DNA of 63,685 nt, counting the filler. It is 8 parts of 8 records of this genome, joined end to end, with 100 filler letters (N's around TTAATTAATTAA, not from the genome) between each part and the next. Parts side by side here need not be neighbours in the genome. Positions count along the whole stretch, not along the records: positions 17,030 to 22,875 come from SRR31147125_8234; positions 22,976 to 31,105 come from SRR31147125_8283; positions 31,206 to 44,699 come from SRR31147125_8284; 5 more parts are not named here. One strand, written 5' to 3'. The translations under genes and the position numbers were made by a program. This document shows, in pieces, positions 20,413 through 31,795 of this stretch. Below the pieces are notes generated by a model that saw only the letters and a program-made list of their open reading frames with translations, was not told the DNA's origin and did not search any database. Numbering within the stretch: the first letter of the stretch is position 1; each line of letters opens with the position of its first letter.

Positions 20413-22250
20413 AAAAACTAATAAACCTGATCGTGCTGGGATTCCTAACAGTATCTACTGCTTTTGGGATAAATATTGATCGTGTTGAACCCATGTTTTG
20501 GTGGGCGGGGATGAATAATCCAAATTTACAGTTAATGATTCATGGTGAAAATATCGCTGCTACTGATGTTGTATTTGAATATTCGGGAGTGGATTTAGTT
20601 AGTGTAAGCAAAGTTGAAAACCCAAATTATCTTTTTATAGATGTAAGGATTACAAAAGAAGCAAAAGCCGGTAAGTTCGAGATTCAATTTAAACAAAAGA
20701 AAAAGATTGTTGCAAGCTATTGGTATGAGCTAAAATCAAGAGAAAAAAGTTCGGCAGAGCGCAAAGGATTTAATGGATCTGATGTAATTTACCTGATTAC
20801 TCCAGATCGGTTTGTTAACGGAGATAGCAGTAATGACAATATTGATGGAATGAAGGAACTGGCAAATCGAGCAGATAGGGATGGACGCCATGGTGGTGAT
20901 ATTCGTGGAATTATTAACAGCCTAGATTACCTGCAAGGTCTAGGTTTTACAGCAGTTTGGCTAAATCCGGTTCTGGAAAACAACATGACGCGAACGTCTT
21001 ATCACGGATATTCAACAACCGATTTCTACAAGGTTGATCCTCGCTACGGCTCAAATGAAGAATATGTTGAGTTGAATGAGGAGCTTGAAAAGCGCGGGAT
21101 GAAGCTGATTATGGATATGATCTTTAATCATTGTGGTTCTGAGCACTGGTGGATGGAGGATATGCCAATGGCTAATTGGATTAATAATTACCCCAAACAT
21201 AAAATTACGAGTCATCGTCGTACAGTTAATCAGGATCCACATGCTTCTAAAGCTGATAAAAAAGCAATGGTTGATGGTTGGTTTGTTCCAACGATGCCCG
21301 ATTTGAACCAGAACAATGAGTTCATGAAAACTTATCTTATTCAAAATAGTATTTGGTGGATAGAATATGTTGGCTTGGAAGGAATTCGCCAGGATACATG
21401 GCCATATCCGGATAAACACATGATGACTGAGTGGACGACACAAGTTTTGGAGGAATATCCGTACTTCAATATTGTGGGAGAAGAGTGGAGCATGAATCCG
21501 GCTATTGTTTCATACTGGCAAAAAGGAAAGCATAATAGTGATGGGTATCATTGTAACCTGCCAAGCTTAATGGATTTTCCACTTCAGAGTGCTGTAAGTT
21601 CCGGATTGAAAGCCGAGAAAGAGTGGGGGAAAGGACTGATTCAAATTTACGAATCAATAGCCAATGACTTTTTATATCCGGATGCAGATAACCTGGTAGT
21701 TTTCCCCGACAACCACGATATGTCGCGCTTTTTTGTTCAGGTGGGTGAAGATGTTGATTTATTGAAAATGGGTGTAGCTTATTTTTTAACAACACGAGGA
21801 ATTCCGCAAATATTTTATGGTACTGAAGTTCTTATGCGTCATGATGGAGATCAACATGGCGATATTCGAGCTGATTTTCCAGGAGGATGGAGTGGTGATT
21901 CTTCCAATTCTTTTACAGGTGCAGGAATGACCGACGAGCAAATAAATATGCAGACCTATTTAAAAACCATCCAAAATTGGAGAAAGAATAAAGAGGTTAT
22001 TCACTCTGGGAAACTAATGCATTTTGTTCCACAAGATGGAATGTATGTCTATTTCCGATACAACGAAGATGAAACAGTTATGGTGGTTCTGAATAAAAAC
22101 AAGGAAGATAAATTATTAAGTACGTCTCGTTTTGCTGAACGAGTTGGTGGATTTTCAACAGGAAAAGAGATTATTTCGTCTTCAGCTATAAATGATATTT
22201 CAGAAATAACGATACCTGCAAAATCAGCTATGATTATTGAACTTAAATAA
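20409..22250 (+). CDS. GH13 neopullulanase/cyclomaltodextrinase (SusA-like), with signal peptide
   Basis: IDRVEP.FWWAGM N-domain, YLITPDRF, GIRQDT, VGEEW, DNHD; ATG 20409 overlaps the GH65 stop (ATGA). Confidence 0.93.
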   Translation: MKKLINLIVLGFLTVSTAFGINIDRVEPMFWWAGMNNPNLQLMIHGENIAATDVVFEYSGVDLVSVSKVENPNYLFIDVRITKEAKAGKFEIQFKQKKKIVASYWYELKSREKSSAERKGFNGSDVIYLITPDRFVNGDSSNDNIDGMKELANRADRDGRHGGDIRGIINSLDYLQGLGFTAVWLNPVLENNMTRTSYHGYSTTDFYKVDPRYGSNEEYVELNEELEKRGMKLIMDMIFNHCGSEHWWMEDMPMANWINNYPKHKITSHRRTVNQDPHASKADKKAMVDGWFVPTMPDLNQNNEFMKTYLIQNSIWWIEYVGLEGIRQDTWPYPDKHMMTEWTTQVLEEYPYFNIVGEEWSMNPAIVSYWQKGKHNSDGYHCNLPSLMDFPLQSAVSSGLKAEKEWGKGLIQIYESIANDFLYPDADNLVVFPDNHDMSRFFVQVGEDVDLLKMGVAYFLTTRGIPQIFYGTEVLMRHDGDQHGDIRADFPGGWSGDSSNSFTGAGMTDEQINMQTYLKTIQNWRKNKEVIHSGKLMHFVPQDGMYVYFRYNEDETVMVVLNKNKEDKLLSTSRFAERVGGFSTGKEIISSSAINDISEITIPAKSAMIIELK

Positions 22251-22256
22251 GATATT

Positions 22257-22875
22257 ATGAATAAATTATTTGCTTTACTAATTATATTTTCACTTGTTAT
22301 TGTAGCTTGTCAGCCGGTTAAAAATCCGGCTGACAAGCCTGCTGTTTTGATTACTCAGGCAGAAATGGATGAGTGGTTAAATGATGCTGTTCTTTATGAG
22401 GTTAACATTAGGCAGTACACACCAGAAGGAACTTTTGATGCTTTTGCAGAGCATCTTCCTCGATTAAAAGAACTGGGAGTTGACATTCTTTGGCTAATGC
22501 CTATTCATCCTATTTCAGAAAAAAATGAAAAGGTTCGCTTGGATCTTATTATGCTGTGGCCGATTACAAAGGCGTAAATCCGGAATTTGGAACAATGGAT
22601 GATTTTAAAGCCCTTGTTAATCAGTGTCATGAAATGGGATTCAAAGTTATTATTGACTGGGTTGCTAATCATACGGGTTGGGACAACCCTTGGATTTTTG
22701 ATCATACGGAATGGTTTACCACCGATTCAACAGGGGCAATTATTCCTCCAAATGCTGATTGGTCCGATATTGCAGATCTAAACTTTGATGTTTCAGCCAT
22801 GCGTTGGGCAATGATTGATGCCATGGATTTCTGGTTGGAAGAAACTAATATTGATGGTTTTAGGTGTGATGTAGC
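22257..22875 (+). CDS. GH13 alpha-amylase lipoprotein, frameshifted near 22526 and 3' truncated
   Basis: Lipobox IVAC; YEVNIRQYT, LWLMPIHPI, then GSLGSYYAVADY, DWVANHT, DGFRCDV in the next frame. Confidence 0.85.
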
Positions 22876-22975
22876 NNNNNNNNNNNNNNNNNNNNNNNNN
22901 NNNNNNNNNNNNNNNNNNNTTAATTAATTAANNNNNNNNNNNNNNNNNNNNNNNNNNNNNNNNNNNNNNNNNNNN
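22876..22975. other. Artificial contig linker
   Basis: N-run with TTAATTAATTAA. Confidence 0.99.
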
Positions 22976-23237
22976 TTTTTAAGGGCTAGAACAGAAAAAA
23001 ACAGGCAGGATTAAAAGCAGGAGAACAAAAATGGGATTAACGTTTCGTCCAGTTTGTAAAAATGAGGCGTATTCTGGTCAGGCAAGCCAAAGGTCAAATC
23101 CTGATCTGAGATTTGACATAAGGCCTGCCCTACCGAAGAATCGTATGTCATACATAAAAATTGAATCCAACACACGGGATGTAAAGTCCTTCACTATTGA
23201 AGAATCATACGTGTTTTGGTTAACAAGGTTATTTTTA

Positions 23238-23525
23238 CTAACCAGTTTGACCTTGAGCAACCTGGTCCAGAAAATAAATCTCAGGTGTTTCGAGGACACC
23301 TGCTTCTTTCATCGCTTCTCTCAGTTGCGGGCCGCTGAGGAATGTATGTGCGTTCTCCGCATTGTCCCACTCGAACAATATAACCAGATCATTTGGTTCA
23401 TCAGCCTGATGGAATATCTGGAAGGACTTTTCACCTCCAACTATGCGATGATCAATAAAAGCGTCAAACGCAATTTTCCAGTTTGAGTAATCTTTTACTT
23501 TATGTTTTATTAAAATATGCACCAT
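23238..23525 (-). CDS. Small ABM/cyclase-like dimeric alpha-beta barrel protein
   Basis: HKVKDYSNWK.AFD...PNDLVILFEW...LREAMKEAGV; AGGAG RBS before ATG 23525. Confidence 0.75.
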   Translation of the reverse strand: MVHILIKHKVKDYSNWKIAFDAFIDHRIVGGEKSFQIFHQADEPNDLVILFEWDNAENAHTFLSGPQLREAMKEAGVLETPEIYFLDQVAQGQTG

Positions 23526-24004
23526 GGCTAAATATCTCCTCATTTCTGGTTATTTTTCACTTGATACTTTTTTTATTATTTACGTATCAAGCAGTAAAAT
23601 TATACCCTTATAATAAATGATTACAAGGTGAATTTGATTAGAAAAAGTATTGAAAAAAATCCTGTGATAAAAATATCCTGATTTAAAAAACCATCAAGAG
23701 TAGTTTGTACAACCCAAAGCATGGACAATATATTTCTGTGTAGACAAATATTTTATGTGTTGTTGCATTCTACTGTATTGATTTTCAGACAAAATCAAGC
23801 TGGAAAAAATAGTCCCCATACTTGGACTTATTTTAATATGGATGAACAACAATCTGTCACCCTGTATCCATTAAGAGGTTTTTATGGCTTTTTTGAATAA
23901 AAATGAATTGTGTGCCAGGGAAGAATAAAAGGACTTTTGCATCGATCACCCGGCCTGGTGATACCGGACAATCGACACAAGAGTCTATGGAAAGATTCAG
24001 GTTT

Positions 24005-25303
24005 TTATTTAAACTCGAGCTTTATCACGCTGACAATCTCATTTTCAGCCTTGGGTACATCTAACACTACACCCATTCCGGTGTTTTCGTATTTCACTTT
24101 ATTTCCGGATTTAAACAGAGCCGCTGATTTCACCCGAACATGTGGTAAGAGAATGGCACCACCGTTCTGCTCAAAAACAAAGGCGTAAACATAATCACCT
24201 TTATTCGTTGTCACACCCCATGGCTGTGGAGGAACAGGTCCGCCGCGTGTGCCATAGACAGTTTCGCCGTAAATGTTTAACCAGGCCCCTAATTTGTTCA
24301 GCACTGCAACCTGACGTTGTTCCAGCCGGCCATCGGCCATGGGACTGAGATTCAACAACAAGTTACCATCGCCTCCAACCGTGCGCAGTAATGTGTGAAG
24401 ACATTCTTTGTATGATTTAAGCCGGTCGTTTGGTTTCCATGCCCACTGCTGACAGATCGTCATACAGGTTTCCCATGGCGTTTTTGTGTTGAATGCGCCA
24501 ATGCGTTGTTCCGGTGTGGCGAAATCACCGGCAAAGATAGGAGCTTTGTTTGGATTATCCATATCCTTACGATCTTTATCAACCCGATTGTTAATGAGAA
24601 GTGTATCGTCCAGTTTACGCGCCCAACTATACAGATCCAGACCCATTTCATGTGTCCACGGTTCTTCCCATTCACCGTCAAACCATAATATCCTGGTTCC
24701 GTATTCATTAACAAGTTCCTTTAACTGACCTTTCATAAAATCGATATAGCCGGACATATCATATTTTTCTCTCCAGATATATTTCCGGTTGATACTGCTT
24801 TTAATGGCATAGTCCGGATGATACCAATCCAGTACTGAATAATAGGTTCCAAAAAGAATATCGTGCCGTTTACAGGCATCGGAAATTTCGCGAACAATAT
24901 CGCGCTTGAATGGCGAGGCCATGATGTCATAGTCCGTATAATCCGAATCCCATAAGCTAAAACCATCATGATGTTTGGTGACCAGAATAATATATTTCAT
25001 GCCGGCGTTTTTTGCTACCTGAACCCATTCATCTGCATCAAACAGCACAGGATTGAATTCCTGGTACAGTTTGTCATATTCTTCGGTTTTTACCTCTTTA
25101 CCACGGGACCAGCCAATTTCCGTTCCCCGCAGCGCCACAGGTCCCCAGTGAATGAACATACCAAAACGCATATCCTGCCAGGCCTGCAGCGATTCCTGGT
25201 TGGTCAATAATTCCGGGTTGGCTTCTCCACCGCCTCTTAATGTTTGTGCAGAGACAGAACAAACGATTAACAGTAACAAAATAAAAAAGAATCTTTTTCG
25301 CAT
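24005..25303 (-). CDS. GH29 alpha-L-fucosidase, secreted
   Basis: RFGMFIHWG, KHHDGF, WFDGEW, WETCMT; signal peptide from MRKRFFF. Confidence 0.93.
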   Translation of the reverse strand: MRKRFFFILLLLIVCSVSAQTLRGGGEANPELLTNQESLQAWQDMRFGMFIHWGPVALRGTEIGWSRGKEVKTEEYDKLYQEFNPVLFDADEWVQVAKNAGMKYIILVTKHHDGFSLWDSDYTDYDIMASPFKRDIVREISDACKRHDILFGTYYSVLDWYHPDYAIKSSINRKYIWREKYDMSGYIDFMKGQLKELVNEYGTRILWFDGEWEEPWTHEMGLDLYSWARKLDDTLLINNRVDKDRKDMDNPNKAPIFAGDFATPEQRIGAFNTKTPWETCMTICQQWAWKPNDRLKSYKECLHTLLRTVGGDGNLLLNLSPMADGRLEQRQVAVLNKLGAWLNIYGETVYGTRGGPVPPQPWGVTTNKGDYVYAFVFEQNGGAILLPHVRVKSAALFKSGNKVKYENTGMGVVLDVPKAENEIVSVIKLEFK

Positions 25304-25406
25304 CGATTTCTCCTCTTTTTTCAGGTAGATTTTTAAACTCATTAAACAAATAATCCACATGAGCTTCCATCAAGTTAAGCCTTTAATTCGGAAAATCAAG
25401 GTTCAA

Positions 25407-27977
25407 TCAAGGATTTATTAACCAATCGTGTTCCATACTAATTTTTCCTCCCGGTGCGATTTCCTGTTCTTCTGTGTGAATTTCCATACCCGCCATGTTT
25501 AATTCTTCAGAGTCGGAATAAAAACAGGCCACGACCTGCTTTTCGTCAAAATGGTGTTCAATTGTCAAATCGTCAAGAATATGTTCCAGGCGCCAGACAC
25601 CAGCTGGTTTATTTTCGCCAAAGTATCTTCCGGTTTTTTCCGGATCTGATGAAACCGGATTAATAAAGGAACCATCATTTGCCCGGGCCGTTAACACGGC
25701 TTTTTCCGGATCTGCATTGATAAACATACGACATACAAGTTTAAAAATTTTGGGGGCTTTATTTTCATTGATGATAGTGGATGAAAAATGAATACGCGCT
25801 CCGTTTTCCGGTAAGGTGATCTTGCGAACAAAACGAAGACCTGTATTATAGTGTGAAACAAAAGCATCTGGTTTCTTTTGCACGAGCGTCAAGCTTTTTC
25901 CATCCACTTTTGCCTCATAAGAATTGGCAAATCCGGTGCCACCCCATTTCCATGCAGTCATTTCGTCATATCCACCACAAACCGGATAAAAATTCTCGGT
26001 TGGATCCAGGAGATTAATAACATTTGTCCCTGATTTCTTGTGCACAAGCCGAACAATTCGGCCACCCAGTTCCGGTACCACATCCAGTTGAATATCCTTA
26101 TTTTCTATCGTCACAATGGCATGTTTTTTAAGCCGCTGTCCGATCATGTGTAAAAGTTTAGCGTCACGGCTCTCTTCACGCAGCTCCCGGACATCAAACT
26201 GGTTAAGATCCTTTACAAAGCGATCATAATCTTTTATTGTTACGGTATTGCCTACCGGGACGTATTCTCCGTTCTTTACCTCCAGCCGACCAGAGTTTAA
26301 CACCAATCTGAGATAGGTGACAGCCAGCCGATTTTTCTTTATATAATACATGGCTGTTTCATCACCTTTCGCTAAATCAAGCGCTTGTTGGTGTAGTTGT
26401 TCCATTTTTTCAACAACCGATTCAGGCCACATTTCTTTTGTGACTTTGTCAAAAACATGCAGGTGAGAATCCGGAGCAGAGACCTGTTCATGTATCAGAT
26501 CATAATAAGCTCGCATGGGTTTGAACGCTTTACCGTAGACCCCGTGCAAATATTCATTCACAAGCTTGTCAGCATCCTGATAAGGATCCCACAGCATACG
26601 TGCCATTACCCAGGCCCGCAAATCAGCATCCCCGCTGCCAGGACCATGACCGCCAGAGCCTTGAAAAAAGATCCCTCTGACACCTTTTTGGTGGTAGGTT
26701 TTAATATCTGCCATAAATTCCTTAAAATCCGGAAAAGGCATGAGTAGATGGCGAAAATCCGTGCAGTAATGCCAGACAGACATTCGGTCAGTCAATTTAG
26801 ACCAGCCATCAAAGCGTTCCCGAAACTCTGCAGAGGCCGAATCAGAACAGGAAGAAAAAGGATGAGCCACACAAATATCAATGGGAGCCAACTGAATATA
26901 AACATTATGCCTGGGTTTCACAGTCTTTGGCGGCTTTTCCGTAAAACTATAGGCAAAAGTAACAATATACTTGTCCGGGTGCTTTTTCTCCACAATCTCA
27001 GCCACTTTATTGACAAATTGTATGTAGAGTCCAGCCGGCGAGCCTTCCTCTTCCATTATTTTACGACAGTTCGGACACATGCAATAATTTGCATAGTCAT
27101 TCTGTCCCAGGGCAAAATATTTTTGCTGCGGCGCACTGTCCATCCATTTAATCATATTTTCAGCTGTCAGCTCAACAATCCCGGGAGCGGTCAGGCAGCG
27201 TTGCACATAACCGGTTACCCTTTTGCCACCGATAAGCGGAAAATACTCGGGATGTGTTTTGTAGAGCGATACTGGAATGAGTCGTTCAAATGTATGATGC
27301 GCCTGAAGACTCACACTACCACCGCGGGTTGCATCAAGACGACTGTTTATGCGATTTCTGGCACCCCAGTCCAGATCAAAAGCCTCATTGATATAGGGAT
27401 AACGATATACAAAAGCAGGAGTCTCCTTCTCATCCAGAAGCGGCACGCGAAGGATCTCTTTTTCCGGATACCATGTCTTGCGGTTTGTATACCATCTGAA
27501 GCCAAGATGTTCGAGAAACGTGTAAACACCATACATGGTTCCTCTTTGGCGTGCGCCGGCAATCACAACATCGGGTGCAGCTGCCTCGGTCGGGATAGTA
27601 CGGATGATAAATCCCTCATCACCCATTTTTTGCCATTTATCTTGCGCAAACTCTTCGTTTGCGGGAAAAACCGTTTTTAAAAGATCCCCGGTCCCTACAA
27701 ATATTCGCTGCGGTTCCTTTGCAGCGCTTTCATCATCATTTACAATGGGTAACGTTGCCCTGGTGGCAATATGGATAAAATGCTGCAGCTCTTTTGCGGC
27801 ATGTTTTTCTGACAAGGATGCCTCTTTTGAGAGCACTATTTTATAAGGACTGTTACCGTGACTGGCCAGAATAAAATCTTTTTTAGAACCACAATTAATT
27901 ATCAAACAAACAAAAATGATTAATGGGAAAAATACTAAAAACCGTGACGGAACGTTTTTTTTCATCAGAGTCTCCAC
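25407..27977 (-). CDS. DUF4838-family glycoside-hydrolase-like lipoprotein
   Basis: GH20/GH67-like N-domain (DEGFII, RGTMYGVY.FLE.LG.RWY), HPEYF, C.C..C, TFAY. Confidence 0.75.
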   Translation of the reverse strand: METLMKKNVPSRFLVFFPLIIFVCLIINCGSKKDFILASHGNSPYKIVLSKEASLSEKHAAKELQHFIHIATRATLPIVNDDESAAKEPQRIFVGTGDLLKTVFPANEEFAQDKWQKMGDEGFIIRTIPTEAAAPDVVIAGARQRGTMYGVYTFLEHLGFRWYTNRKTWYPEKEILRVPLLDEKETPAFVYRYPYINEAFDLDWGARNRINSRLDATRGGSVSLQAHHTFERLIPVSLYKTHPEYFPLIGGKRVTGYVQRCLTAPGIVELTAENMIKWMDSAPQQKYFALGQNDYANYCMCPNCRKIMEEEGSPAGLYIQFVNKVAEIVEKKHPDKYIVTFAYSFTEKPPKTVKPRHNVYIQLAPIDICVAHPFSSCSDSASAEFRERFDGWSKLTDRMSVWHYCTDFRHLLMPFPDFKEFMADIKTYHQKGVRGIFFQGSGGHGPGSGDADLRAWVMARMLWDPYQDADKLVNEYLHGVYGKAFKPMRAYYDLIHEQVSAPDSHLHVFDKVTKEMWPESVVEKMEQLHQQALDLAKGDETAMYYIKKNRLAVTYLRLVLNSGRLEVKNGEYVPVGNTVTIKDYDRFVKDLNQFDVRELREESRDAKLLHMIGQRLKKHAIVTIENKDIQLDVVPELGGRIVRLVHKKSGTNVINLLDPTENFYPVCGGYDEMTAWKWGGTGFANSYEAKVDGKSLTLVQKKPDAFVSHYNTGLRFVRKITLPENGARIHFSSTIINENKAPKIFKLVCRMFINADPEKAVLTARANDGSFINPVSSDPEKTGRYFGENKPAGVWRLEHILDDLTIEHHFDEKQVVACFYSDSEELNMAGMEIHTEEQEIAPGGKISMEHDWLINP

Positions 27978-27998
27978 TTTTTAATAAAATCTGGCACG

Positions 27999-29432
27999 TT
28001 AATTATTGTCAAGTTGATATTTTTTCTTCAATTTCTGCATATTAGCCTCTAGTTCTTTTATGAGAGATGCGTTCTCCGGTTGTCGATAAAGATTCATTAA
28101 CTCATCGGGATCCTGATCCAGATTATACAGTTCCCAGTTTTTATCTCCATATAAATAATGAATCAACTTGTAGCGAAGAGTTCTGATTCCCTCCATTGGG
28201 CCAATTCCATAGGCACTTTCAGAAAACCGGTAATAGAAGCTGGTGCGCCAGTCTTCCGCCACCTTTCCTTTTGCGATTTTGCGAAAGCTCTCTCCCTGTA
28301 TATCTTCAGGGATCTTTATCCCGGCATAATCAAGAATTGTCGCGGAAAAATCAAGATTCAGGACCATTGCATCCGTCACTGAGCCTTTTTTGATTTCCCC
28401 GGGATATTTAAGCAAAAGTGGCATTCGTATAGAATGTTCATACATGAAACGCTTATCATAGAGACCATGGTCACCCAGAAAAAATCCCTGGTCAGATGTA
28501 TAGATTACTACTGTGTTATCACTCAATCCGGATTCACCAAGATAGTCTAAAACTCGTCCGACATTATCATCAACTGAGGCAATGCAACCAAGATAATCTT
28601 TCATGTATCGCTGATATACCCACTCACGGATTTGCTGTTTGTTCATACCCTGAGGGATATCTCCAACTCTTTTACGATAATGAAGTTCCCATTGAAGCGC
28701 ACCAACTTTGAGTCTGTGACTCTTAATCTGTTCAGTACGGGTTTCATAGTTATCATTGAATGTATCAGGAAAAGGTATGTCACCATCTATGTACATACCT
28801 GCATGCTTTTGGTCAGGTATCCAGTTTGCATGAGGTGCCTTGTGCTGCAGCATGAGGCAAAAAGGTTTACGAGTTGACCGATTTTTCAACCAATCAAGAG
28901 CCTTATCGGTTATAATATCCGTGACATAGCCTTTATGCTCTGCTCGTGTGCCATTTTCGATCATAACAGGATTATTATAGGAGCCCTGGCCTGGCAGAAT
29001 ATTCCAGTAATCAAACCCAGTCGGTTCACTCTTAAGATGCCATTTTCCGACAAGGGCCGTCTCGTAACCAGCCTGTCTCAGCGACTTTGGGAATGTCTGC
29101 TGGCTGCCATCGAATTCCTGCCGATTATCCACAACACCATTGAGGTGACTGTATTTCCCTGTCAAAATAACTGCTCTGCTGGGAGCACAAATGCTGTTTG
29201 TGCAAAAACAATTATTGAAGCGCATACCCTCAATGGCAATTCGATCAATGTTGGGAGTCTGGTTAATACGACTACCATAGGCGCTGATAGCATGGGAAGC
29301 ATGATCATCGCTCATAATGAACAGGATATTCGGACGAGCCCTTTGTTTTTCTTTGCTAAAAAGCGAGCAGCCAGATGACAGGACAACAGTTGCAGTGCTT
29401 ATTGCTCTCAGAAATTCGCGACGGGATATCAT
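27999..29432 (-). CDS. Formylglycine-dependent (Cys-type) sulfatase, Tat signal
   Basis: SRREFL, PNILFIMSDDH, CAPSRA, GKWHL, DKRFMYE. Confidence 0.94.
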   Translation of the reverse strand: MISRREFLRAISTATVVLSSGCSLFSKEKQRARPNILFIMSDDHASHAISAYGSRINQTPNIDRIAIEGMRFNNCFCTNSICAPSRAVILTGKYSHLNGVVDNRQEFDGSQQTFPKSLRQAGYETALVGKWHLKSEPTGFDYWNILPGQGSYNNPVMIENGTRAEHKGYVTDIITDKALDWLKNRSTRKPFCLMLQHKAPHANWIPDQKHAGMYIDGDIPFPDTFNDNYETRTEQIKSHRLKVGALQWELHYRKRVGDIPQGMNKQQIREWVYQRYMKDYLGCIASVDDNVGRVLDYLGESGLSDNTVVIYTSDQGFFLGDHGLYDKRFMYEHSIRMPLLLKYPGEIKKGSVTDAMVLNLDFSATILDYAGIKIPEDIQGESFRKIAKGKVAEDWRTSFYYRFSESAYGIGPMEGIRTLRYKLIHYLYGDKNWELYNLDQDPDELMNLYRQPENASLIKELEANMQKLKKKYQLDNN

Positions 29433-29664
29433 TTGGTTAATCTCTCCATTTAATTTTTCACTGAAATTAAACATTAAGCTGCAGCAAGCTTTCGGGACAT
29501 CAAATATTCAAATTTAATATTAACTTTTGAAAAATATTATTGCTGTTTACACAACTGATGCCGTATTTTTTAAGCCATCGTCTGTTAAATTGATTGCATA
29601 AACGAAAACTTGGGGCATTAACGTTGGAAATAGTACAGACACAGAGATAAGCACTAAAACTTAC

Positions 29665-29713
29665 ATCATTCCAACCGGTTTAGTTTTCTGATCAAACGAT
29701 CTGTTGGAATGAT
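29665..29713. terminator. Inverted repeat just downstream of the PLD gene
   Basis: ATCATTCCAAC...GTTGGAATGAT 11-bp arms. Confidence 0.45.
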
Positions 29714-29717
29714 TATA

Positions 29718-31105
29718 TCAATAAATTCTGTCAAAAAAACTTGTACAAGATGAAAATAATCGTTCATAATAGGTTAAAGGTTTTGCAGGAACACTTTTAT
29801 TTTTCCAATCCCATTCAAACATGTTTTTAAATTTCTGATTGATTAAATCATTTTGAATAAAAAAACAACTTTCAGAATTCGATGTAAAGCTACCTCTTGT
29901 CCAATTTGTAGAACCGACTATTACTTTGTCATCATCAAAAAGGACAAGTTTCATATGCATCTCTTGTCCTGGCCTGGTCAGATATACATTAGTTTGGACA
30001 TTGCCTTTTACTAACATGTGGATCATACGCTTATTTGGAAATCCGTTAAAGTCAAAATCAAGGGGAAGTGGATTACTGTCTAATAAAACGCGAACATCAA
30101 TTTTCCTCTGATGTGCATCAATTAGTGCAGAAGCCAACTCTTTATCAATAAACAGATACATCTCTACCAGGATTTGACTTTTTGCGTGCTCTATCTGTTG
30201 TATAAGAAGAGATTTGGTATTTTCAATGAGAGGATGTGTAATATGAAAACTGACCAGTGGCAGAGGATCCTTTTCTTTGTTTTTATGTTCATAAGCATAC
30301 GATAAGGGAGTACCATCCCATGCTCCACAGGCGAGTATCCACGTCTGCTGGAACGCCTTTTCCATTTCATACACAATCGGTCCTCTTACATATACCATTG
30401 CATCATGGTTGGTCTCCGTAATGCTGGCAAAGTTCATTCCTCCCATCATGGCCTCTTCACCATCTACAATAAGCATTTTGTTATGCGCCATTTGTATCGT
30501 AGACCTGCACTGGAAGCGATGTAACGGGTAAGATATTACTTTAAATTGAGGATCTGTTTTTAATTCATTGGCGAAGGTATTGTAATGAATGGCACGTTTT
30601 GTAAAACCAAGTCTATGAAAAATGGCCATAATTTCATTATATAGCTTTAAAGTACCTGACGGTTGATATATAATTCTGACTTTAACGCCTTCTTTGGCTT
30701 TCTTTTTTAGTGCTGACAATATCCGATTTCCAATCTCTCCTTCAAAGACGTACATTTCTATATGTATACTTTTATTAGCTTTGCGAATCATTTGAAAAAC
30801 AAAAGGAAATATTTCATCCGAATCGATGAGTACCTTGACAAAATTCCTTGATGGAGAGGTATTGTAAAATGCTTTTTTCCTCGTTTTATATACTGATTGT
30901 TTCACTGGTTTGGATGCGGATATTTGATTAGATGACCTGAATTGAGGTGAAATAGCGTTTAATGCTTTTTGATTTGAATATAATTGATTCAAATCATCAA
31001 GTAATCGCTGGTAAAATTTGTGATATCCAAGATTCAGCAAAGTTGATATAATAAGATGAGTGCGTGAATGGCCTAATCTTTTATAAATAGAATGAAACGA
31101 AAAAA
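29718..31105 (-). CDS. Phospholipase D/cardiolipin synthase family protein (5' truncated)
   Basis: Two HKD motifs (HNKMLIVD, HMKLVLFD); frame open to the contig edge. Confidence 0.9.
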
Positions 31106-31205
31106 NNNNNNNNNNNNNNNNNNNNNNNNNNNNNNNNNNNNNNNNNNNNTTAATTAATTAANNNNNNNNNNNNNNNNNNNNNNNNNNNNNNNNNNNNNNN
31201 NNNNN
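31106..31205. other. Artificial contig linker
   Basis: N-run with TTAATTAATTAA. Confidence 0.99.
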
Positions 31206-31730
31206 GGACGCTTGCCATTGACCTTTTATAAATCCGTCAACCAGTTGCCGCCTTTTAGTGACTATGATATTCGCAAAGGTCGCACCTACATGGCGGATAT
31301 CCGCAAGGGTGGCAGTTATTTGTCAGAAAAAGATGAGCCCTTGTACCCGTTTGGTTATGGATTAAGCTATACCCGTTTTATCTACAGTAACCTGCAAGTG
31401 ACACCACAAAACATAGATCAAACCGGTACTGTTACGGTGAGCCTTACAGTGAAGAACAGTGGCGACCGAACCGGAGATGAAGTGGTGCAGCTTTACATCC
31501 GTGATGTGCAAGCCAGCGTCCCCAGACCTGTAAAACAACTTGCCGGATTCAAGCGAATTTCCCTCAAACCAAAAGAGAGCCAAAAAGTCAGTTTTACTTT
31601 GCCGGTTGATCGTTTGAGTTTCTGGGATGTCAGTAAAAAAGCCTTTATTGTCGAGCCAGGTCTGTTCGAGATTCAGATTGGCAGTTCTTCTGAGGATATC
31701 CGGTTAACAGGCAATTTCAACGTGAAATGA
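31206..31730 (+). CDS. GH3 beta-glucosidase/xylosidase C-terminal part with FnIII-like domain (5' truncated)
   Basis: GRLPLTFY, PLYPFGYGLSYT, GDEVVQLY, KQLAGFKRI. Confidence 0.92.
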   Translation, partial: GRLPLTFYKSVNQLPPFSDYDIRKGRTYMADIRKGGSYLSEKDEPLYPFGYGLSYTRFIYSNLQVTPQNIDQTGTVTVSLTVKNSGDRTGDEVVQLYIRDVQASVPRPVKQLAGFKRISLKPKESQKVSFTLPVDRLSFWDVSKKAFIVEPGLFEIQIGSSSEDIRLTGNFNVK

Positions 31731-31751
31731 CCAAAAACAGCTGAATTGAAA

Positions 31752-31795
31752 TTAATCTGATCGTCTGGTTTTGATATACCAGACGATCAGATTAA
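31752..31795. terminator. 18-bp perfect hairpin after the GH3 gene
   Basis: TTAATCTGATCGTCTGGT-N8-ACCAGACGATCAGATTAA. Confidence 0.7.

Noticed and set aside
23031-23486. 151-aa + strand ORF
   Set aside because: Overlaps the better-supported minus-strand ABM-like gene, which has its own RBS.
26748-27680. 310-aa + strand ORF
   Set aside because: Antisense to the DUF4838 gene; no protein-like motifs.
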